The notes: a model not told the origin generated them from the sequence alone. 64,000 bases of DNA from Octopus sinensis (GCF_006345805.1 NC_043003.1:17174001-17238000); one strand, 5' to 3'. Counted from the stretch's first letter, positions 50,738-63,345 are shown. Numbers and translations are program-made.

Positions 50738-51134
50738 CTTTTACTCTTTTACTTGTTTCAGTCATTTGACTGCGGTCCTGCTGGAGCACCGCCTTTAGTC
50801 GAGCAAATCAGCCCCAGGACTTATTCTTTGTGAGCCTAGTACTTATTCTATCGGTCTCTTTTGCCGAACCGCTAAGTTACGGGGACGTAAACACACCAGT
50901 GTATTGGGGGGACAAACACAGACACACAAATATATATATATATATATATATATACGTATACATATATACAACAGGCTTCTTTCAGTTTCCGGCTACCAAA
51001 TCCACTCACAAGGCTTTGGTCAGCCCGAGGCTATAGTAGAAGACACTTGCCCAAGGTGCCACGCAGTGGGACTAAACCCGGAACCATGTGGTTGGTAAGC
51101 AAGCTACTTGCGACACAGCCACTCCTGCGCCTAT
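50738..51134 (-). mobile_element. Family-B SINE
   Basis: cttttactcttttacttgtttcagtc...cagccactcctgcgcctat. Confidence 0.93.
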
Positions 51135-51462
51135 AATAATAATGTTTATGTAAATGATGCATAAAGCAACTACCTGCTTTTCTTTTCTCTTTCCCTTAGT
51201 GGATGATCTGTAGTTATTAGTATACTACCAAGCAAGTACTTAGAATCACTTTGCTATTTCAAGCCAACCAAATATTTACCACACACAGAAGAAAAAAAAA
51301 AAAAAAAAGAGGAGAAAAAAATCGTTTAAAATAGAAATGTATGTCAGTGCTATGTAGAGAAATGGCGAAATGATTTGATGTAGAAATAGAACAAGGGTAA
51401 AAAGGAAATACCTTGAATTCTAAAAATGTGTATAAGTACCTGAATAAAGACATGATGTCTAA

Positions 51463-51522
<60 letters not shown>

Positions 51523-51588
51523 ATCTCTCTCTCTCTCATACTCACTGGCGTACAGACACCAGCAGATACGTAGTAACTAGAAAGGATG

Positions 51589-51621
<33 letters not shown>

Positions 51622-51623
<2 letters not shown>

Positions 51624-51830
51624 GGGTGTCTATAAATTCTCTTTACAACTTCCACAATTTATTGTAATTTATTGAGTGTAACCAATGGAACCCGTATGGA
51701 AGTATGTTGTTGTTACCAATAAAGCTTTGCCTATCTTTTCCAATGAATTCTGTCGAGTTATTCTTGTTTACCTTTTTTGTTCTGATTTTATTTTTCCGAA
51801 TTATAAAGGTAATTTACGGACACCCTGTCT
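51622..51830. mobile_element. Tc1/mariner-type MITE (CAGGGTGTCC-like ends)
   Basis: Left tagggtgtctataaattctctttac, right aaaggtaatttacggacaccctgt; a homologous right half lies at about 54940-55035. Confidence 0.55.
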
Positions 51831-51927
51831 CACTCTCTCTCTCTCTCTCTCTTTATATATATATATATATTATATATATATATATATATATAGACAGACA
51901 GGGTGTCCGTACATTACCTTTACATAT

Positions 51928-52298
51928 ATAGGCGCAGGAGTGGCTGTGTGGTGAGTAGCTTGTTTACCAACCACATGGTTCCGGGTTCAATCCCACTGCG
52001 TGGCACCTTGGGCAAGTGTCTTCTACTATAGCCTCGGGCCGACCAAAGCCTTGTGAGTGGATTTGGTAGACGGAAACTGAAAGAAGCCCGTCGTATATAT
52101 GTATATATATGTATATATGTGTGTGCATGTATGTTTGTGTTTGTCCCCCTAGCATTGCTTGACAACCGATGCTGGTGTGTTTATGTCACCTAGCGGTTCG
52201 GTAAAAGAGACTGGACTTACAAAGAATAAGTCCCGGGGTCGAGTTGCTCGATTAAATCGGTGCTCCAGCATGGCCGCAGTCAAATGACTGAAACAAGT
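51928..52298 (+). mobile_element. Family-B SINE
   Basis: ataggcgcaggagtggctgtgtgg...gactgaaacaag. Confidence 0.93.
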
Positions 52299-52393
52299 TT
52301 TAAAAAATATATATACACACACACACACATATACATATATATATATACACATACATACATTTACACACACACACGCACATACATAATCTTTAT

Positions 52394-52603
52394 CTTTTAC
52401 TTGTTTCAGTCATTAGACTACAGCCATGCTGGAGCATAGCCTTGACCAATTTGTTTTAATCGGATTAATCCACTCCAGTACTTATTTTATTTTATTTCTT
52501 TTTTACTAAGCCTAATACTAGCGGGATCTTTGCCGAACCGCTAAGTTACGGGGATGTAAACACACCAACTCCAGTTGTCAAGCGGTGGTGAGGGGCAAAC
52601 TCA

Positions 52604-52637
<34 letters not shown>

Positions 52638-52795
52638 AGTTTCTTTCAGTTTCCATCTACCAAATCCACTCACAAGGCTTTGGCTGGCCCGAGGCTATAG
52701 TAGAAGACACTTGGCTAAGGTGCCATGCAGTGAGAATGAACCCAGAACCATGTGGTTGAGAAGCAAGCTTCTTACTACACAGCTAAGCCTGCCCC
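52394..52795 (-). mobile_element. Family-B SINE (diverged)
   Basis: cttttacttgtttcagtc...gaggctatagtagaagacac...cacagctaagcctgcccct. Confidence 0.88.
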
Positions 52796-52816
52796 TGTGT
52801 ATATACGTATATATTT

Positions 52817-53050
52817 AAGGCGGCGAGCTGGCAGAAACGTTAGCGTGCCGGGCCAAATGCGTAGCCGTATTTCGTCTGTCGTTACGTTCTGAGTTCAAAT
52901 TCCACCGAGGTCGACTTTGCCTTTCATCCTTTCGGGGTCGATTAAATTAAGTAGCAGTTACGCACTGGGGTCGATTTAATCGACTAAATCCCTTTGTCTG
53001 TCCTTGTTTGTCCCCTCTATGTTTAGCCCCTTGTGGGTAGTAAAGAAATA
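52817..53050 (+). mobile_element. Family-A SINE (long tail)
   Basis: tatatattta on both flanks. Confidence 0.92.
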
Positions 53051-53077
53051 TATATTTACATACGCACACATATATTT

Positions 53078-53127
<50 letters not shown>

Positions 53128-53504
53128 GTGTGTATGACTATGTATTCTTTGATTACAAACACTCTCCAGGAGTGAGTTCAATGCTGAAACAAAATATTAG
53201 TTATAAATAATACCACCTATCTGTGTTGGCACAGAGCTTCAAAATTATTAACGGAAGACGAAAACCAGGAAATTCTTCATAATTTCTTCAGGCGACTGGC
53301 TACATATATATAGATAAAGACTGTCAGGTTTAGCCTGAGCCTAGCTAATTATAAATACTGGTTCCATTGTGATCGATGGGTAGCTGAATATAACGTGAAA
53401 CTACGTTAAACAGTGTCAGTACGTATATAAATAAATATACAAACCGCTGCACACATGAAAGTTATGCTTTGTTATGAATAAGTGGCAATATTTAGAAATG
53501 TGTT

Positions 53505-53975
53505 AAGGCGGCGAGCTGGCAGAATCGTTAGCACGCCGAGCGAAATGTTTAGCGGCATTTCGTCCGTCTTTACGTTCTGAGTTCAAATTCCGCCGAGGCC
53601 GACTTTTCCTTTCATCCTTTCTGGGTCGATAAACTAAGTACCAGTTGCGCACTGGGGTTGATCTAATCGACTAGCCCCCTCTCCAGAAATTTCGGGCTTT
53701 GTGGTTAGAGCAGAAAAGAATAGTTAGAAATATATTTAGGCGGTAAGCTAGCAAAACTGTTAGCACGCCGAGCGAAATGCTTAGCGGCATTTCGTCCGTC
53801 TTTACGTTCTGAGTTCAAATTCCGCCGAGGTCGACTTTGACTCTCATCCTTTCGGTGTCGATAAAACAAGTACCAGTTAAATACTGGGGTCGATCTAATG
53901 GACTAGTCCTCTCCCTCCACCAAAATTTCAGGCCTTGTGCCTTTAGTAGAAAGGATCATTATTATTATTATTACT
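53505..53975 (+). mobile_element. Two head-to-tail family-A SINEs
   Basis: Units at about 53505 and 53737; (ATT)n tail. Confidence 0.9.
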
Positions 53976-54174
53976 TTTTTTTTTCTTCTTTCAAATTTGC
54001 TTCCATTTCTTGCCGAGTGTCTTCCCGACTCTTAGGGCAAAGAAACTCATAGCATACATTGGTAGGCCATTAAACCAAACTCAGTAGTTCGTTCATTTTT
54101 TTTTTTTAAAGTTAAATTAAAATACATGAGCAGCAACAGTTCTCATATCGACAATGCTCTTCTCAATACGTGTG

Positions 54175-54225
<51 letters not shown>

Positions 54226-54229
54226 CCTA

Positions 54230-54450
54230 GGGCGGCGAGCTGACAGAATCGTTAGTACGCCGAGCACTATGCCTAGCGTTATTTCGCCCGTCCTTACGTT
54301 CTGTGTTCAAATGCCACCGGGGTCTACTTTGCCTTTCATCCTTTAGGGGCCGATAAAATAAGCACCAGTTGAGTACTGGGGGTCTGTCGATGCGATCGAC
54401 TTATGCCCTCCTCCGATTTTGCTGGCTTTGAGCCCAAATTTGAAAACAAT
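54230..54450 (+). mobile_element. Family-A SINE following an (ATT)n tract
   Basis: gggcggcgagctgacagaatcgttag... Confidence 0.82.
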
Positions 54451-54595
54451 ATTTAGAAGTATTCTAAAGCTGAAACGGTTAAAGTAATGGAAAGATAAGA
54501 AACCCATGAAGCAAAGCCAGAAAGAACACGCATGGACGTACGCAGGCACATATATATATAGTAATTTAAGAATTATAGAGTGGATACATCTATGT

Positions 54596-54600
54596 ATCTG

Positions 54601-54667
<67 letters not shown>

Positions 54668-54680
54668 GTCTATCTATCTA

Positions 54681-54731
<51 letters not shown>
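54596..54731. repeat. (TCTA)n(TCTG)n compound microsatellite
   Basis: Direct reading. Confidence 0.97.
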
Positions 54732-54733
<2 letters not shown>

Positions 54734-55216
54734 AATTGACATGTTAAGAATTTAGGAATTTCGAAAACATGACATAATTCTCTTTAGGAACAGTGCTTCT
54801 TGAAGCAAATAAAGCTATAAACAATAACGTAAACCGCTTGAAGATTTACCGTTCCTAAAAAGATGTGTGTGTGGGTGTGTGTGCGTGCGTATACAAGAAA
54901 ATTACTGCTACACTCTCCAGATGCGTATAATAAAACTTTGGCTACGCTTTCCAATGAACTCTGTTGAGTTATTTCTACTTTCCATTTTTTTTCCTGATGT
55001 TTTCAAATTATAAGGGTGATTTATGGACACCCAATACACACACACACACACACCACACACACACACACACACACCACACACACACACACCTCTTTTTTTA
55101 TCTTTTACTTGTTTCAAGCAGTAGACTGAGACCAAATAACGAGAATTAAGATTTCGTTAACAATGTGTGGTAATATTTAAGATTTTGAAAGAGTTTCAAG
55201 AATTCATATATTGGAA

Positions 55217-55586
55217 GCACTCCGTCGGTTACGATGACGAGGATTCCGGTTGATCCGATCAACGGAACAGCCTGCTTGTGAAATTAACGTGTAAGTGGCT
55301 GAGCACTCCACAGACACGTGTACCCTTAACGTAGTTCTCGGGGATATTCAGCGTGACACAGAGAGTGATTAGGCCGGCCCTTTGAAATACAGGTACAACA
55401 GAAACAGGAAGTAAGAGTGAGAGAAAGTTGTTGTGAAAGAGTACAGCAGGGATCACCACCATCCCCTGCCGGAGCCTCGTGGAGCTTTTAGGTGTTTTCG
55501 CTCAATAAACACTTACAACGCCCGGTTTGGGAATCGAAACCACGATCCTACGACCGCGAGTCCGCTGCCCTAACCACTGGGCCATT
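55217..55586 (-). mobile_element. SINE: H2 head plus T2 tail
   Basis: Minus strand aatggcccagtggttagggcagcgg...ttcctgtttc|tgttgtacctgtatttc...cgtaaccgacggagtgc. Confidence 0.92.
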
Positions 55587-55711
55587 ATTATCAGGCTGAT
55601 AGTGTCTTTCTTCAAGTGTGAACAGTACCCATATGAACATTTTAAATTCTGATGCCTTTGGGTTTCCTGTCGTTTGACCATAAAGTGCCATTTGTTACTA
55701 TTCCCAAAGCT

Positions 55712-55920
55712 TCGATGGCAGAATCATAAGCACGTCGGGCAAAATGTTTAGCGGCATTTCGTCAGCCTTTACATTCTGTGTTCAAATTCTGCCGTGGCCA
55801 ACTTTGCCGTTCGTCTTTTCTAGGTCGATAAAATAAGTACCAATTGATCACTGGGGTCTTAATCGAATTATCCCTGCGCCAGAAATTGTTGGTCGTGAGC
55901 CAAAATTTGAAACTATTCTT
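55712..55920 (+). mobile_element. Diverged family-A SINE
   Basis: gatggcagaatcataagcacg...gttcaaattc...aaataagtacc. Confidence 0.8.
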
Positions 55921-56452
55921 CTTCTTATTATTATATAATGTTCCGCTTATATCTTTATAGATGTTTGCTTATTTCGTGTATTTAGTTCTTGTACTTATTT
56001 TATTGTGGCAAATCTGTTTACAGATAGCATGCCATATCACTTCTGAAAAAAGTTAGAAGCTAATAGACAATTTTGCTGGTTGATGGCATTATACACAACA
56101 TCATTCAGATGTGTTATAATGCAACCGTTACTGTCGTAAACACTGGTTAAGTAGATTCATAGTTCTTTTATTTACCTACTCTATAGTTACTAACCTCGAC
56201 TCCTCTTTTGACGAAAGCATGTCTTTCTAAACGAGATGCAACCAGCAGAGTTCAAATCCGAAAAAATCAAGTATCTGTATCACATATGATTACCATGTTC
56301 CAATTGACGAATACAACTATAGATGGATATCTATTTTTTCTTTTATTTTTCAAGTTTCGGTTCTAAATAATTAACGATGTTAGTTGTTGACCTACCCAAT
56401 ACGACCCAATGTCACAAGTTGCACTGGCAGATACACAACAAACAGAATATCA

Positions 56453-56712
56453 TTTATTCAATATGAATATGTGTTTGGTCTACTAATTTTCTTCATGTTG
56501 TATCCAAATTGTTATTATAATATGCGATACAGATATCAAAATCGATATAAATTGGCTCAATTATTTGTTCTGCTTTCGAATGTCATGTATTCATTATGAG
56601 TAGGTGTGTGGTCTACTAATTTTATTAGTGTTCATATGTTGTCACTAGAACATATGATAGAGATATCAAAATCAATATAGATTGACTCAGTTCTTTTTTT
56701 CCTTCTGGTTTC
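56453..56712. repeat. Diverged tandem duplication, about 130-bp period
   Basis: ggtctactaatttt at 56477 and 56610; agatatcaaaatc at 56531 and 56661. Confidence 0.75.
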
Positions 56713-57480
56713 CATTGGCAATACAGATAGTGCCGCGGTTATTTTTCATGTTATGACATTTAATTTGACAATATTTTCGAATGTCCGGTGAATTATTTCA
56801 TTCGTTAGTAAGAATATCATCAATGCTAACACATACAAAGAAAATCATTATTTCATTTAAAAAAACAACTTGCTAGTGCAAGTGCTACCAGTTGAAAGAT
56901 CTGCATACTGGATACTAGGAAGTTTTTGGAGTCACCAGGAGAGAATGTGCGCCGTTTCGAGACCTTCCTCTCGACGGTGTTATTGCGTACCGGACCCCTC
57001 ACTGAAATGAGGCCCAGCTTATTAGACCAACTGGTTATTAAGTTTCACTCAATATAAGTTAGTCATCGTAAGATATCTTGTCGTAGAAGAGATGACATGC
57101 TGAAATAAATTTCATTCTCTGTCCTTGCAACGGCAAATTACTTGGCCGTTCGTTGGTTCATATGACTTCAAGAATTACTTCCGAAGTATAACTTTGGGGT
57201 TTTATTTATCACAAGAGACGTCAATAAAAAGAATGGGGCTACGTTAGAATATTTGAGTTAACTATGTGACTCTATCAATATCTATAAAGCTGAAATGCGT
57301 AAAAGTTGTTTGATTTCTTGGTTGTTTGTCTCATTTTGGGATGGGAACGGTTTAAGGGGCGATAGATAGGGTCGGATTGGCACCAAAATTTACACGGGGG
57401 GGGGTAAATGGGATGGGCAATGGTGTGAGGAGGGTTGCTAGTCGCTCGGGGCTACCGTTTGGTTGCCATCACCACCAAAA

Positions 57481-57511
57481 CCCGAGCGAAGCACGGGTCA
57501 AAATAGTTAGT
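57481..57511 (+). mobile_element. Helitron-like 3' terminus (degenerate)
   Basis: Hairpin cccg-agcgaagca-cggg followed 10 nt later by TTAG|T (canonical CTAG|T). Confidence 0.5.
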
Positions 57512-58404
57512 CATAATTATATAACTCAATTACATATCTGTAAAAAAAATCACAGAATACAAATATATCTAAAGCGCTTAGGGGGTATCGTTTTTGGGGG
57601 TCCGTACAAAATATTCTTCTTCAGGAAGTTTGGAGGAAATGACTGTTGTAAAAACTGAATTTATTGCTCTTTACAAACGATTTTGCAACCAAAGAAGAGA
57701 GACATCTCTACATAAAAATACATAGATATACGTGTATGTATGTCTGTTTGTAAAAATATGTGTGTATATATACATACATATTTTTACATGCATGCATGAA
57801 TTACTTATTGTTGAAACGATCGAAATGAATGAATAGATGTAATACAATCACTTCCATTCTTGATCCTACTATATAAATAAGTATATATGTTATGTTTATA
57901 TGTATGTATGTGTGTATGTATACATGCATGCATGTACTTTATGCTTGAAACAAAGTATTGTAGAGAGCAATATATAACATTATATACAAATGTTTTGATA
58001 ATATTTTCCTTCTTAATTTCATATTTTCCATAATGATTAAACTAAATAATGAAACTGATGAAAATAAATCATTATAACTTTCTAAAGAAAATTTGGTTAT
58101 TTTACTCATCGTTTTTCTGCTTAATGATCATAGCAAAGAACATAGATTCGCAAACTAGAAAGGCTCTCAAAATATGATTACATACTTTATATAAATAAGC
58201 ATAAACCCTGTTACAAATATTTCTGTTATCTTGTTTAGCAGCTTTCGATGTTTATTCTTTCTAATTTACATTTTAAACAAGGTTTCTGTTGTCTTTTTAT
58301 ACATACCTTAAGTAACTATATGCTAAGTTTTGTAGTGGGTCATTTATACATACAATACATATTAAACTGTCAAACGAGTATTCTGTGTACATCCATATAT
58401 CAAT

Positions 58405-58435
<31 letters not shown>

Positions 58436-58440
<5 letters not shown>

Positions 58441-58726
58441 TATTAGGGAGTATAACTCCAAACTTACAGGGAAAAATTAAATTAGAGATAAAACCGCTAT
58501 TATGCAATTGAAACAATGATAGACATAATTTTAATTTAATTGTAATTCGAATTTAATTAAAGCGATGAAACGTACGTAGTTTTTTTTACTTATTATATAT
58601 TGATTACTCATTTTTATCCTTTTTGTGATCTATTTATATTTTTTTTAATATTTTTTATTTGTTATTTATGTTTTGGTTTATGTCTTTCGTTGTTTGAATT
58701 GCATAATAGTGGTTTTATCTCTAATT

Positions 58727-58727
<1 letters not shown>
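58436..58727. mobile_element. Fold-back element between two (TA)n tracts
   Basis: 50-bp inverted arms 58479-58528 / 58678-58727 (4 mismatches); homologous to 33571-33805. Confidence 0.75.
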
Positions 58728-58780
<53 letters not shown>

Positions 58781-59202
58781 TTGTATTTGGTTTACAAGAT
58801 TCTTTATGTGAATTCGAGTGTTGAAATAAATTTTGTTGTGTCTAGGGAGAGTCATTATGCCAATATTAGTAAAACACGCACTGGTTCAATTTCACTCCTT
58901 TGTTAGTCAATTAGTTAAATATCCAACTAATTAAACGATTGTTAGATACATATATGTGTGTATACATACATGTGTGTATGTGTTAAACACATATTATGCA
59001 TATTTACATACAGTAATTTTATATTTATATAGTCATTACACTTTTTATTTACTTGCATAGCTCAAGGTATAAGATTTTGTTTTTTCTTGTTCAAACCATT
59101 GAAATACAAGTATATTTGTTAAATATTCTGTCTTTAGATGTTTCACTATTACTTTTCTTTTGTTATCATATTATTAACAAATTGTTTATTTATCTTTTGC
59201 AG

Positions 59203-59218
59203 GAGGAGCCCAAAATCA
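59203..59218 (+). CDS. Candidate 16-nt coding microexon of the twitchin-like gene (Ig1-Ig2 linker, GGAQN[Q/H])
   Basis: ttattaac branch-like motif, then ttgtttatttatcttttgcag|GAGGAGCCCAAAATCA|gtgagt. Spliced to the phase-1 donor at 22691 it reads G-GA GGA GCC CAA AAT CA with no stop. Confidence 0.5.
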
Positions 59219-59245
59219 GTGAGTACATTTAACTGAAAATATCAC

Positions 59246-59321
<76 letters not shown>

Positions 59322-59333
59322 ATAAATCAAAAT

Positions 59334-59471
59334 AAGCAACAAGGATATCCAGAGGTAATGCAGTACGATCGTTTCATGCAACACCGTTTAATTGAACAAT
59401 GCAATCATTTCATTACATCAACTTAAAATGAAACGATCGTACTGCATTACCTCTGGATATCCTTGTTGCTT
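59334..59471. repeat. Perfect 44-bp inverted repeat with 50-nt spacer
   Basis: aagcaacaaggatatccagaggtaatgcagtacgatcgtttcat (59334-59377) and its exact reverse complement (59428-59471). Confidence 0.97.
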
Positions 59472-60254
59472 TTTTTATTTTAATCACCTTATTTTGAAAT
59501 TGTATGGATAATACCGTACATTGCTTAACGCAAACGTAAAAATTATACTTTCCTGTGATTAATGTAGACTATTTTGAAAGCATGCGTGTTTTTAAAAATA
59601 TTCAGTTAAACTGAGATTTTATGATTTCTTGAGCAAATCAATCGTGTTTGAACTTTGTAGTAAGTTAGCAAAAAATTTAAATTTATATATTCTGTGCATT
59701 TTCCTTACTTCTGAATTTCAAATACAAACTTCTAATCCCGCCAAATATTATGGTTGTCTCCCTCGTTTTAACTGTTCGCTACGGGACTCTACTTTTGGTA
59801 TGTTTACGTACCCGTAACTTAGCGTCTCCACAAAAGAGACCGACAGAATAAGTATCGGGCTTAAAGTAAGTACTGGAGTCGATTTGTTCGACAAAAATCC
59901 TTCAAAGTATGCCCCAGCATGGTCGTATTCAGAATATCGAAGCATGTAACAGATAAAAAATAATTTTCAAATTGATCCCCATTTGAACTATTGTATATTT
60001 GTTCATCTTATTATCCAAGTCTCTCTGAAAATGGAAATAATTAAAGCATTTTATGGAAACCCTATTCTAGTGATGTCCACATAAATTGCCATTGTATGAC
60101 ACTGAATATTTCCAAGATAAAAAGAATCTGCTCACTTATGCAGAATTAGAAAACTTGCTTCACTAAATATGTATCTCTGAAAAGATTTACATTTAATACT
60201 TTTAATACCGCAATATTTTACCAAATTACCTTGTAATTGCATTATAATGAGTGA

Positions 60255-60490
60255 AGATACGTGGCTTTGGATGCTGTACTCAAGATCACAAGGTCACTGA
60301 TTCAATTTCTGGACTGGGTCCTGCGTTGTGCTCTTGAGCAAAACACTTCATTTCATGTTGCTCCAATTCACTCAGCAGTAAATGAGTAACCTTGTTACTG
60401 GCATCCCTTTTAGGGGAGGTGTGATAGCAATCCCTCATACGCCATAGAAACCTGGTAACCGGCCCTATAAGTCCTGGGACTTGGGACAAT
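60255..60490 (+). mobile_element. Diverged SINE: H1 head plus T1-like tail
   Basis: ttgtgctcttgagcaaaacacttcatttc...agtaaatgagtaac...catacgccatagaaacc. Confidence 0.75.
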
Positions 60491-60869
60491 AATGTCTAGG
60501 GTTTTATGGTGATGGTTTATTATGAAAAAGAGAGTGCTTTACAAAACTATCTTTAATCTCCACCTGTTGGAAAAATTCTTAGATTCTTCCCTGAAAATTG
60601 ATTGAAAACAAAGTTTGGTGAGTTTGCGCTGAAATCCTGTCTCATGACACCAGCACCTCATTAACAGTTGAACCGCTACGAAGCTAAAGTGAGACCAATA
60701 AGAGACTATTGCTCCCATTCATACAAACATACAAAACTGCATATACCCAAAAGCTCATCTGATTGATTGGCATGCAGACGCTGACCAACACCAGTGTTTG
60801 GTTCACAAACACTGTTGTCTATCCTTTTTCCATTTTTCTTTCTTTTTACTGCTATTACATTGGCCTCTG

Positions 60870-61130
60870 ATCCTTAGAGTTGGCTACTTTCCTGCTAACT
60901 CCTCCTCTCAGGGACTACCAATTCATTCATTTCTTCTTCGCTAAGCACTCATATCGTAACACCCGACCCCCGCACTAATCACTACATTCAGTCTGTTTTT
61001 TCCTCACAACGCCGGTCCTCTGGAATTCCCTCCCTGCTCATATTTTAAATTCAGTCAGCAACTTGCAATTATTTAAGAGAAACATTAACTCTGTCGATTT
61101 AGCTGGTTTTGAAGAGGATGAGAAGGCAAT
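60870..61130 (+). mobile_element. CR1/L2-like LINE 3' end remnant
   Basis: PRTNHYIQS then, frameshifted, LWNSLPAHILNSVSNLQLFKRNINSVDL, the typical WNSLP..F.K C-terminal motif. Confidence 0.75.
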
Positions 61131-61408
61131 GAATACTAACATTTCCGTCAAATTAACATTTCTATCGTCACTTTCTGCTCACTAAGGATTGTGGGGCATG
61201 TACTCAGTACTCAGATTAATATTTCTTTGGAGTTTAGGTTTATACTTTTAAAAATTTGTTTCTTTCTATCTACAAAATAATTATTAAATTTTAATGATGA
61301 ACGCACCTCGAAGTCATTAAAATAAATTATATTAATTATACTGTCATTCTATCGGCATTCTGTATCAATGATAAAATTCAATTAAATGTATTTTTATTAA
61401 TTGTGTAA

Positions 61409-61673
61409 AAAAAAAAATTAATAAATGCGCCTTTTTAAAGCCTAGCCAAGCTCATGGGCCCGATTTCCTGGTTTCTATGGCGTATGCGTTCCCCAGCTGA
61501 ACGGGAAGCCAGTCCGTCGCAGAGTTACTCATTTTTGCCAGCTGAGTGGACTGGAGCAACGTGAAATGAAGTGTTTTGCTGAAGAACACAACGCGTCGTC
61601 CGGTCCAGGAATCGAAACAACAATCTTACGATCATAATGCTGACACCCTAACCACTAAGCCACGCGCCTCCAC
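61409..61673 (-). mobile_element. SINE: H1 head plus T1 tail, with 14-bp TSD
   Basis: TSD tattaattgtgtaa at 61395-61408 and 61674-61687. Confidence 0.93.
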
Positions 61674-62419
61674 TATTAATTGTGTAATGTCAGTGTTTTT
61701 TAACGTCTACATCAATATTTTTGCTTTTCCTCAAATAAAACACTGAATTGTACTTAAATAACAAAATGGTACAATTGAAAGGTTAATCCAGAGAAGAAAT
61801 TAAGGATTAAGTATAAAATGAGAATGGGTAACGTCTAAAATTTATACTATATATAAATAAGGAATTTGACTTATGGTACTATGCTTATCTGATCAAAGTT
61901 TAACCCTAGCATCTATTTCCACGCCGCATAAGTATATATAACATTATATATACAGTCACAGATGTGGATATTTGAATAAGGCGTTCTTCGCTACCATGTG
62001 GTTTTGAGTCCGATGCCCCTGCACAGCTCCTTGGACAATTGTTTTCTAGCCTTGGGTTGACTGAAGTCGTGTGAATAGAATTTGTCCTGGAAAATGTGTA
62101 GAAGCTCCTCAATTGTATACACAAACATACACACGAGTATTCTGCCTGTCTGTTTATTTCCCTATCTATCAATCTATCCATCTATCTGTGTGTTTGTGGC
62201 ATAAATATCATGTCTAACCACAAACTCATCGTTAGAATGTATTAAAAAAATACAAGAATGGAATTCCTGCCTTTTAAGCTACATCCTGCTTAACTGCGAA
62301 ATATATTTCAGACAACCAACAAATTTCATTATAAACACGGAAGTGGTATAAAAGTTCGAGACTTGAACTTTTATACCAGATGCACAAGTACTACACTTTC
62401 TTTTTGGTTGTTTATGCAT

Positions 62420-62755
62420 ATAGGCGCAAGAGTGGCTGTGTGGTAAGTAGCTTGCTTACCAACTACATGGTTCCAGGTTCAGTCCCACTGCATGACACCT
62501 TGGGCAAGTGTCTTCTACTATAGCCTCGGGCCGACCAAAACCTTATGAGTGGATTTGGTAGATGGAAACTGGAAGAAGCCCGTCGTATATATGTATGTGT
62601 GTATTTATATATAGGTGTGTATGTCTGTGTTTGCACCCCGCCCCAGCATCGCTTGACAACCGATGCTGGTGTGTTTAAGAAGTAGGCTTACAAAAAATAA
62701 GTCCTGGGGTTAATTTGCTCAACTAAAGGCGGTGCTCCAGCATGGCCGCGGTCAA
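62420..62755 (+). mobile_element. Family-B SINE with internal deletion
   Basis: ataggcgcaagagtggctgtgtgg...ggtgctccagcatggccgcggtcaa. Confidence 0.88.
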
Positions 62756-62992
62756 AGCGTAAAACGTGTAGAGTATACTTCAAAGAATCACTGTAAACTC
62801 ATTCTAATGCATTTCACTAAAGAAAATTTAGAAAAACACTGATTGACACTACAACATATTTTATACAGAATTCCACAAATGAGAAGATTTATTATGAAAT
62901 ATTATGGAATATTACTAATAGCAAAATACAATCCAAACATCAAAGCACACATAAAGCATATGTAAATGGATATACAAGGAATCTACAAAGAG

Positions 62993-63147
62993 TTAACCCA
63001 TGAATAATTTTAAATCTAGCATGACGATTTTATCAGTTATATAAGTATTTTCACGATCCTTTGCAACCTACTGCAAAGTATGCGTACACCATAGCATTAT
63101 TATCATTTTATTGTGATAATGAGGTCGAGAAAGTTTTGAAGGGTTAA
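62993..63147. mobile_element. Possible piggyBac-type MITE
   Basis: TTAA-CCC ... GGG-TTAA ends 155 bp apart; little further TIR identity. Confidence 0.3.
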
Positions 63148-63345
63148 TTTAAGAGAACTATTGTTTCAAACTAAACATGAAATAATAATAAGGAAAGATG
63201 GAAAATATTTGATAATAAAGATAAAACACGAAAGCAGTCTTGTCTTTAATAAAACTTGTTTGGAAGAAAATTTGTTCCCTATTTGCACACACGCATGTGC
63301 ACACGTGTGTGCATGTGTGTAATCATGAACATATTGTTTATAAAA

